64,000 nucleotides of DNA, taken from NCBI GenBank assembly GCA_026992735.1, contig JALWYO010000020.1:10054-74053 (forward strand). Reading direction: 5' to 3'. Each line of letters begins with the position of its first letter. The first letter of the stretch is position 1. The notes below the pieces were generated by a model that was not told the DNA's origin, searched no databases, and was given only the letters and a program-made list of their open reading frames with translations. A program made the translations under genes and the position numbers. The stretch comes from Deltaproteobacteria bacterium. GTDB taxonomy: Bacteria > Desulfobacterota > Dissulfuribacteria > Dissulfuribacterales > QOAL01. This document shows, in pieces, positions 57,647-64,000 of the stretch.

Positions 57647-58945
57647 ATGAGCCACAATCTGCTTTCCAGCAATTTTTTCACCATGGCAAAAGATGTCATA
57701 CCCGGAGGTGTAAACAGTCCTGTCAGGGCCTGCATGTCAGTAGGATGTGATCCTGTCTTCATAGAGAAGGCAGAGGAGTGCTATTTGTATGATCCTGACG
57801 GCAACTCCTACATAGATTATGTATGCTCCTGGGGTCCAATGATTCTGGGCCATGGCCATCCGCATATGGTATCCGCAGTATCAGAGGCACTTGCCCAGGG
57901 AACAAGTTTTGGCGCACCCACCTGGAGAGAGGTCGCCCTTGCCAACAAAATCGTGGACATGCTGCCCTCTATTGAAATGGTGAGGCTTGTAAACTCTGGC
58001 ACAGAGGCGACTATGAGCGCTATCCGCCTTGCCAGGGGTTACACCGGCAGAAAAAAGATACTTAAGTTCGACGGTTGCTATCACGGTCATGCCGATTCTT
58101 TCCTGGTAAAGGCCGGTTCAGGAGTAGCCACGCTTGGGATACCCGGCAGCCCTGGTGTACCCGAAGAGATCGTGTCAAATACTATCTCTATACCATTTAA
58201 TAACAGATCAGCCCTTGAAAAGGCCATTGAACAGGAGACCGACCAGCTTGCTGCCGTGATTATGGAACCAGTGCCTGCCAACATGGGAGTAATATTGCCT
58301 GACGAAGGTTTTCTGGAATTTGTAAGAGAAAAGACCAGTAAAAATAATATCCTGCTTATATTCGATGAAGTCATCACCGGTTTTAGACTCGCCCCAGGCG
58401 GTGCGCAGGAATACTTTGGCATAATGCCGGATATTACATGCCTTGGGAAAATCATAGGCGGAGGCCTGCCTGTAGGAGCCTATGGAGGCAAAAAGGAGAT
58501 CATGGAGCAGATAGCCCCGTCTGGCCCTGTTTACCAGGCTGGCACCCTTTCCGGAAATCCCCTGGCGACCGCTGCAGGAATCGCAACCCTTGAAGTACTC
58601 GAACGGCCTGGCTTTTACGAAAGCCTTAAGGAAAAGGCTGATTACCTCGCTGAAGGAATGAAAAAGCTCGCAACAGATAGCGGCATTCCATGCGTAAATC
58701 AACGCATAGGCTCCATGATGACCACTTTTTTCGGGCAGCAGGAGCCTGTAAAAAATTTTCAGGATGCCATGAAATCAGATACCGACATGTATGCTGCATT
58801 TTACAGAAATATGCTCTCAGAAGGGATATGGCTGGCCCCGTCCCAGTTTGAAGCGGCATTCGTATCCCTGGCGCACAACTGGGATGCCCTTGACTTTACA
58901 CTCGATGCCGCTGAATCGGCATTCACTCGATTAAAGAACATCTGA
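57647..58945 (+). CDS. hemL: glutamate-1-semialdehyde 2,1-aminomutase
   Basis: 432 aa with GGVNSPVRA and FDEVITGFR motifs and the PLP lysine in LGKIIGGG. Confidence 0.95.
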   Translation: MSHNLLSSNFFTMAKDVIPGGVNSPVRACMSVGCDPVFIEKAEECYLYDPDGNSYIDYVCSWGPMILGHGHPHMVSAVSEALAQGTSFGAPTWREVALANKIVDMLPSIEMVRLVNSGTEATMSAIRLARGYTGRKKILKFDGCYHGHADSFLVKAGSGVATLGIPGSPGVPEEIVSNTISIPFNNRSALEKAIEQETDQLAAVIMEPVPANMGVILPDEGFLEFVREKTSKNNILLIFDEVITGFRLAPGGAQEYFGIMPDITCLGKIIGGGLPVGAYGGKKEIMEQIAPSGPVYQAGTLSGNPLATAAGIATLEVLERPGFYESLKEKADYLAEGMKKLATDSGIPCVNQRIGSMMTTFFGQQEPVKNFQDAMKSDTDMYAAFYRNMLSEGIWLAPSQFEAAFVSLAHNWDALDFTLDAAESAFTRLKNI

Positions 58946-59216
58946 CTATTTACTATTGACACCAGGATGCCCTTATGATAAAAACTGGTTCTCAAGTGTA
59001 GGCCCTCTGAATAGGTGTCTGACATCCATAAAATGAGGATTGATTCAGTCACCGCTGGCGCCAGAGCCGGTTAACATCAAGGGCCTCATGGTATAAAATA
59101 AGGGATAGGGACTTAAGGGGAAACAAGCCTATATATCAAAAATTGGCTGTCAGTAGCATGTCAGTAAACGTTTTCTCATGAGTTCATAACTATTTAATGG
59201 AGGAGGCATCGTCGCC

Positions 59217-59942
59217 ATGGAACATCCGTTACTTTTTTTACCTATCATTCTAAATGCCCTCGGGCTTCCAGCCTATGGTGAACCTGGCCAGGGCGGACCT
59301 TTGGACCAGATCCTGGCGCCGCACATGCAGTACAGTTATCTGGCCATGATCATCTGTATCCTGATAGCAAAGGCTGCCACCAGGAATATAGAGATGATTC
59401 CAAAGGGCGTGCAGAATGTCATGGAAATGTATGTTGAGGGCCTTGAAGATTTCATAATCGAACAGGTTGGCACCAGGGACAAGGCTCTGATTATCTACCC
59501 TATGGTAGCTACCTTTGGTTTCCTGATCTTCATTTCCAACTACATGGGGCTGATCCCGGGATTTATGTCTCCCACAGCCAATCTCAATGTAACCTTGGGC
59601 TGTACGCTCATCGCAATCGTAACCTACCATGCTCTTGGCATCAGGTTTCATGGCTTCAAGTATATCAAGCATTTCATGGGCCCCATCAAGGTCATGGCGC
59701 CATTTTTCCTAGTAGTAGAGACATTTAGCCATGCAGGCCGTATAGCTTCACTGTCTATTCGTCTCTTTGGAAACATGATGTCCAAGGAAATGTTGCTTGG
59801 GCTCTTGTTCACCATGGCAGGACCATACCTGGCACCTCTGCCAATTATGCTCCTGGGGGTTTTGGTTTGTTTGCTGCAGGCCTTCATTTTCGTAGTGTTG
59901 CCTGTAACATATTGTGCAGAGGCAATGGGCGAAGCACATTAA
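59217..59942 (+). CDS. atpB: Fo ATP synthase subunit a
   Basis: 241 aa. Conserved LSIRLFGNM arginine motif. RBS GGAGGAGG. Confidence 0.9.
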   Translation: MEHPLLFLPIILNALGLPAYGEPGQGGPLDQILAPHMQYSYLAMIICILIAKAATRNIEMIPKGVQNVMEMYVEGLEDFIIEQVGTRDKALIIYPMVATFGFLIFISNYMGLIPGFMSPTANLNVTLGCTLIAIVTYHALGIRFHGFKYIKHFMGPIKVMAPFFLVVETFSHAGRIASLSIRLFGNMMSKEMLLGLLFTMAGPYLAPLPIMLLGVLVCLLQAFIFVVLPVTYCAEAMGEAH

Positions 59943-59976
59943 ATTTTTAGGTATAATTATAAAAAGGAGGAGTTTG

Positions 59977-60324
59977 ATGAAAAGGAAAAGCTTAATTATT
60001 TCAGGACTGAGTCTGCTGTTTGTATTGGCAATGAGCGCTGTTGCTCTTGCTGCGGGAGAGGGCGGAGCTGCTGCTGCTAACCCAATGATCATGGCGGGTG
60101 CACTTCTTGCTGCAGGTATTGCAGTCGGTGGTGCTGGCGGTGGATGTGGTGCTGGCATGGGTCAGTGTGCACGCGGTCTGCTGGAAAGTACCGCAAGGAA
60201 CCCCGAACTTGCCGGTAAATTGACCGTTTCTATGTTCATTACATTTGCCCTTATCGAAACATTTACCATTTACGCTCTGGTTATCGGTCTGATCGCCCTG
60301 TACGCCAATCCGTTTCTTGGATAA
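59977..60324 (+). CDS. atpE: Fo ATP synthase subunit c with N-terminal signal-like extension
   Basis: Start ATG 59977 after AAAGGAGG. The C-terminal 80 aa are a typical c hairpin (GAGMGQ...ARNPE...ALIETFTIYALVIGLIALYANPF). The N-terminal 27 aa MKRKSLIISGLSLLFVLAMSAVALAAG look like a signal peptide. Confidence 0.85.
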   Translation: MKRKSLIISGLSLLFVLAMSAVALAAGEGGAAAANPMIMAGALLAAGIAVGGAGGGCGAGMGQCARGLLESTARNPELAGKLTVSMFITFALIETFTIYALVIGLIALYANPFLG

Positions 60325-60387
60325 CAACCAAAGACATGACGGCTGCCTGGATGAATCCGGGCAGCCTCTATTGAAGGATACCTATTT

Positions 60388-60416
60388 AGCGGTGGATAGC
60401 CTCACCGCTTTTTTTA
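60388..60416 (+). terminator. intrinsic terminator after atpE
   Basis: AGCGGTG-GATAGCCT-CACCGCT followed by T7. A second hairpin (GGCTGCCTGG..CCGGGCAGCC) lies at 60341-60366. Confidence 0.7.
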
Positions 60417-60426
60417 TTCTCTAATC

Positions 60427-60720
60427 ATGGAACCCGCAACCAAAAAACACCTGCACAGTATGCTGCGCCAGCTGAGCAGGGTTTCCTACATGGCATCAGC
60501 CATGGTATTCTCCACATTCGCAGGTGTATGGTTCGGCTACTGGCTTGACAAAGACGTGTTTCATGGCAAGACACATCCCTGGATGACCATCATCTTTTTC
60601 CTGTTTGGACTTGCCGGAGGAATAAGAAATCTATATGTGCTGGGCAACAGGATGAAGAAAGACGAAGACAGACGCTCGGAAGAAGGCTATCAGAAGGAGC
60701 AAGATTCTAATAAACAATAA
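60427..60720 (+). CDS. AtpZ/AtpR-like small membrane protein (ATPase_gene1 family)
   Basis: 97 aa with two TM helices and the FxGxWxGYWLDK....PW......G...G pattern. Confidence 0.6.
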   Translation: MEPATKKHLHSMLRQLSRVSYMASAMVFSTFAGVWFGYWLDKDVFHGKTHPWMTIIFFLFGLAGGIRNLYVLGNRMKKDEDRRSEEGYQKEQDSNKQ

Positions 60721-61142
60721 TGCTTATCTGGCAAGGTGACATAGATAAAGGCGTTGGAAAAAGATTTATAATCACTTCCTGGGCCATGTTGGCAGTGCTT
60801 GTGGCAGCTGCCAACATCTGGTGGACTCCCGAAGGCGTCAAGGGCATCCTGCTGGGAGGCGTGATTGCCAACCTCAACCTGTTTGGGACATTCAGGGATA
60901 CCAACAGGATAGTAAAATTCAGAACAGCACTGGTATATTACATAGGCGTGCTTACAAGACTGATATTGACGGGAGTTGTCCTGGTTACCTTTATAAAAAA
61001 GTTTCCCGAAACATTTTCATATCTTGGAATCTTCATAGGCCTTTCCACGGTTCCCATGACCTTTTTTCTCATGGTATTTCAGATACTGCTTAGAAGACTC
61101 ACCATGGGAGACCAGCAAAATCACCCTGGAAAGGAAACCTGA
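60720..61142 (+). CDS. atpI: ATP synthase protein I-like membrane protein
   Basis: 140 aa, 4 TM helices. ATGA-type overlap with the preceding gene. Assigned by size, topology and context. Confidence 0.5.
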   Translation: MLIWQGDIDKGVGKRFIITSWAMLAVLVAAANIWWTPEGVKGILLGGVIANLNLFGTFRDTNRIVKFRTALVYYIGVLTRLILTGVVLVTFIKKFPETFSYLGIFIGLSTVPMTFFLMVFQILLRRLTMGDQQNHPGKET

Positions 61143-61168
61143 CCTCTCTCTGTCTCACTGGGCTCGAT

Positions 61169-63571
61169 TCACGCAGGTCCCTGGTAAACAATCTCACCGC
61201 CATCAGGGCCGCTTCCAGGCCCCATCTCTATAATCCAGCCACAATGCTCCAATACCTGCCTGTTGTTTTCTGCCATAATTATAGTATGGCCCTCTGACAC
61301 CAAATCATATAACAGGCTGCACAACCGGCTGATGTCCCTGGAGCTCAACCCCCTGGCCGGATTGTCCAGTATAAACAGCGACGGCTTCTTTATGCTCCTG
61401 CCTGATAAAACAGTAGCCAGTTTAAGCCTCTGCCTTTCCCCTCCTGACAAACTACTGATCTGCTGTCCAAGCTGCAGATATCCCAATCCGCTGCGTTCCA
61501 AAGCCTCCAGAGGCTGTCTGATCTTTTGAATGTTCCGGAAAAATGTAGCGGCCTGACTCACTGTCGTGGAAAGGACCTCGCACATATCAATACCTTTATA
61601 CTTGACAGACAATACCTGTTCTGAAAAACGCCTCCCAGAACATGCGTGACAGGTAAACGTGACAGGTGGCAGAAATTTTGGTTCCATTGTCAATACACCG
61701 GTCCCCTTGCATTTGTCACAGCGGCCTCCCTTTTTTGACAGACTGAGATAACCTGAAGAGATACCGTGGGCCCTGGCAGCAGGTGTCCTTGCAAACAAGT
61801 GGGCAATATGGCTGTAAACCCTTGAATATGTAGCAACCATGGATGAACGGGAACCACGTGGAAGGGCATCGTCCATAAACAGGACATTCTGTTGAAATAT
61901 GTCTGAGCAAGGCTTGATCGAGTCCTGACCCTGCTCCTCCTTTGTAACAGTACGATCTGACTTGGAGCATGTAACAATTGCATTTAAAAGCAATGATTTG
62001 CCAGAGCCGGATGGGCCGGTTATGCCGGTAAGCACGCCTGCAGGGAAACGCACACTGATTGACTTGAGCGGCCTCCTGGCCCCCTCGATCTGAAAATTCA
62101 CAAACTGATCAAATCTCATGCCCTCTTGGCCCTTATTCCCAGCGACCCGGAGCAGCTCCATGGATTTACTCCCGGAGATGGATGCTGGCCTGGAGATAAC
62201 CTCTCTGTCATTCACGTAGTCATCCGCAGGGCCTTGATATATCAATTCTCCGCCAAACTCTCCGGCAGCAGGGCCGAGTTCAATGACATAGTCAGCAAGA
62301 TTGCGCACGAGATCCATGTCCTGTTCCACCACCACCAGAGTATTCCCGCTATCTCTCAAAAGGCCTATCTTGTCTCTAACTACTGCCTTCTCATTATCTG
62401 AAAGCCCCCCTAAAGGCTCATCAAGAACATAGAGTATCCCTGACATTTTTCTGGTTAGAACTGAACCCAGTCTAAGTTTCAACAATTCACCAGTAGATAG
62501 AGTGGGAATAGACCTGTTCAGGCTGAGATAGCCGAGTCCCATTGATAAGAAGGTAGATACGCCCCGATACATTTCATAAGCAGCCATGGCAGCAGCTTGA
62601 TATTCCCTGCGCCTGTTTATTGACCAATCCTTCTGCCAGGCCAATAATTTTTCCCCAAGCTCTTGCATGGCAAAGGACATGATCTGGTCAATATCATGAC
62701 CGTCAATTTTCAGGATAAAATTTTCAGTAAAAGAAAACGGAAGTCCTTCGTCATTTCCAGTATTCCTGGAAACATCGGCCTGTTTTCCAGACATGCAGTT
62801 AATACATACGGGAGTGTCTGAAAAAACCACGCTGTCGCAAGCTGCGCTATCTGTAGATGTCCCTTTTAATATCAGATCTACTTCAGCCACTCCACTCAGG
62901 CTCAAAGCCTGTTTGAGAGAGTCAATAACACGGTCCCGGATGCCAGCCTTTTTTATTATCCTGTCCACAACAATTGATATCTTTTTGGACAGAAGATCAT
63001 CGTTCCGGCCAAGTAAATCATCAAGATAGCATATAGATCCATCTACCATACAGCGGACAAAACCATTGCTTATATACTGTTGCAAGACCGTCCTGATACC
63101 AGGATCTTCTTCCGAATCAACAGGAGATTTTATAATAATCCTTGTGCCATCAGGCAGATCCATCAATTCACTGCATGCCTGTTCAGGTGTTTTGACATTT
63201 ATTTTAGTCCCGCATTTATTACAGAATGCCTCCCCAGCCAGTTCAAAGACACCCTTCAAAACATCAATTAAGCCGGTAAACGTGCCAACAGTTGAACGGG
63301 GATTCCTATTGTAGCAATGCTGCTGCAAGGCAATAGATGCTAATGCAGGTTCTACTATCTTTACCCTTGGATGATAAATATTCATCCAGTCTTCACTGAT
63401 AGCACCCAGATATCTCCTTTTTGCCTCAGTATAGAGGACATCAAATGCAAGGGTGGATTTCCCAGAGCCCGAATCTCCTCTGATTACAGTTATACAACCG
63501 AGAGGTATGTCCACTGATATATTCTTGAGGTTGTGCTCGGCAGCCCCCCTAATACTTATAAAATCTTTCAT
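61169..63571 (-). CDS. UvrA-family ABC ATPase paralog (shortened, 800 aa)
   Basis: UvrA start MKDFISIRGAAEHNLKNISVDIP. Walker A motifs GDSGSGKST and GPSGSGKS, two LSGGE signatures, zinc motifs CNKC..CINC and CDKCKGTG..CHAC. About 140 aa shorter than canonical UvrA. Confidence 0.85.
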   Translation of the reverse strand: MKDFISIRGAAEHNLKNISVDIPLGCITVIRGDSGSGKSTLAFDVLYTEAKRRYLGAISEDWMNIYHPRVKIVEPALASIALQQHCYNRNPRSTVGTFTGLIDVLKGVFELAGEAFCNKCGTKINVKTPEQACSELMDLPDGTRIIIKSPVDSEEDPGIRTVLQQYISNGFVRCMVDGSICYLDDLLGRNDDLLSKKISIVVDRIIKKAGIRDRVIDSLKQALSLSGVAEVDLILKGTSTDSAACDSVVFSDTPVCINCMSGKQADVSRNTGNDEGLPFSFTENFILKIDGHDIDQIMSFAMQELGEKLLAWQKDWSINRRREYQAAAMAAYEMYRGVSTFLSMGLGYLSLNRSIPTLSTGELLKLRLGSVLTRKMSGILYVLDEPLGGLSDNEKAVVRDKIGLLRDSGNTLVVVEQDMDLVRNLADYVIELGPAAGEFGGELIYQGPADDYVNDREVISRPASISGSKSMELLRVAGNKGQEGMRFDQFVNFQIEGARRPLKSISVRFPAGVLTGITGPSGSGKSLLLNAIVTCSKSDRTVTKEEQGQDSIKPCSDIFQQNVLFMDDALPRGSRSSMVATYSRVYSHIAHLFARTPAARAHGISSGYLSLSKKGGRCDKCKGTGVLTMEPKFLPPVTFTCHACSGRRFSEQVLSVKYKGIDMCEVLSTTVSQAATFFRNIQKIRQPLEALERSGLGYLQLGQQISSLSGGERQRLKLATVLSGRSIKKPSLFILDNPARGLSSRDISRLCSLLYDLVSEGHTIIMAENNRQVLEHCGWIIEMGPGSGPDGGEIVYQGPA

Positions 63572-63766
63572 AACATCTTGAATCCAGAGTTAAGGCTTTT
63601 TCAAATCCTCCATGAAATCATCACGATTATATCTGTTTGTTAATGGCCATTTAAAATGACCCGCCTACGGCCAATAATTTTGCCCCCCTCTTTGAGGGCA
63701 CATTAATAATTATTTGGCTGTAAAACTTCCATATCTGAACAATTAAAAAAAGATGGGAGGTAGACA

Positions 63767-63895
63767 TTGAAGGAACGGGTTGTGATTCACAAGATCAAGG
63801 CATTATACGAAGAGGGCAACGGCCTGCTTGGGATATCCCGCAACAGGGTCAAAAAGTATCTGTGGATGGAGGAAGTTGTTCAGCTTTCTTCATGA
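63767..63895 (+). pseudogene. possible remnant of an IS21-family istA transposase N-terminus
   Basis: RBS GGGAGG plus TTG. Reads LKERVVIHKIKALYEEGNGLLGISRNRVKKYLWMEE..., like the IstA HTH start but with an internal gap and a stop after 42 codons. Two similar 17-mers (GGCCATTTAAAATGACC, GGCCAATAATTTTGCCC) lie upstream at 63645-63685. Confidence 0.25.
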
Positions 63896-64000
63896 AAGAG
63901 TCTATAGTGCTCTTAGCGAATCCCCCGGCATTTTCTACAAAATCAGCTACATATCTTTCGCAGTGGCGCAAAAATCTCGCAAAGCGCGAATAGAAATAGT
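63849..64000 (-). CDS. 3' end of an unidentified gene entering from the right edge
   Basis: Open frame from the window edge reading ...YFYSRFARFLRHCERYVADFVENAGGFAKSTIDSFMKKAEQLPPSTDTF*. Only 49 codons are visible. Confidence 0.2.
   Translation of the reverse strand, partial: YFYSRFARFLRHCERYVADFVENAGGFAKSTIDSFMKKAEQLPPSTDTF

Overview
This is a chromosomal window from what looks like a sulfate-reducing Desulfobacterota (Desulfobacterales-like) genome. That assignment is inferred from a complete dsrMKJOP module and the overall gene content. About 60 protein genes are present, mostly on the minus strand and mostly housekeeping.

Gene content in order:
- RsbRD_N/DsrT-like gene plus dsrMKJOP (1.2-6.9 kb)
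- B12-radical-SAM/TPR protein, then a CbiA/DsrN-like amidase with a small ferredoxin
- ribF, tRNA-Leu(CAG), an EamA transporter, tyrS, rny
- a 6S RNA candidate downstream of zapA and a zapB-like gene
- a short glmU-like gene
- F1Fo ATP synthase split into atpF'FHAGDC (18.3-24.2 kb) and atpB-atpE plus atpZ/atpI-like genes (59.2-61.1 kb)
- queE/queD, yggS, maf, tatD
- a soluble GAF histidine kinase, rpe, an aminotransferase, TauE
- a TolC-MFP-RND efflux operon
- an envelope glycolipid-modification cluster (GT2, UPF0104, GT39/ArnT-like, PAP2)
- an MreB paralog coupled to a tandem-GAF protein
- mtnA, gatB, hemL, and a shortened UvrA paralog

I saw no CRISPR array, rRNA, intact IS or prophage.

The most interesting signals are non-genic or small:
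1. A hairpin-forming MITE-like element of about 140-160 bp is present four times, all in the same orientation. Three copies have 8-bp target-site duplications. The stems show compensatory changes around a conserved 24-nt apical loop.
2. One of these copies sits in frame inside the first codons of the TolC-like efflux gene.
3. A 72-codon zinc-ribbon ORF has an in-frame TGA followed by a hairpin, making it a candidate selenoprotein or a pseudogene.
4. Two paralogous secreted proteins are built from a tandem GWW-type repeat.
5. A small secreted Cys protein has a leader containing three copies of one 9-10 nt module.
6. The interval 44.0-44.7 kb is a decayed accessory patch with a degenerate MITE copy, coupled mini-ORFs and a possible RelE/ParE remnant.

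All functional calls rest on motif recognition by eye. No database search was run.
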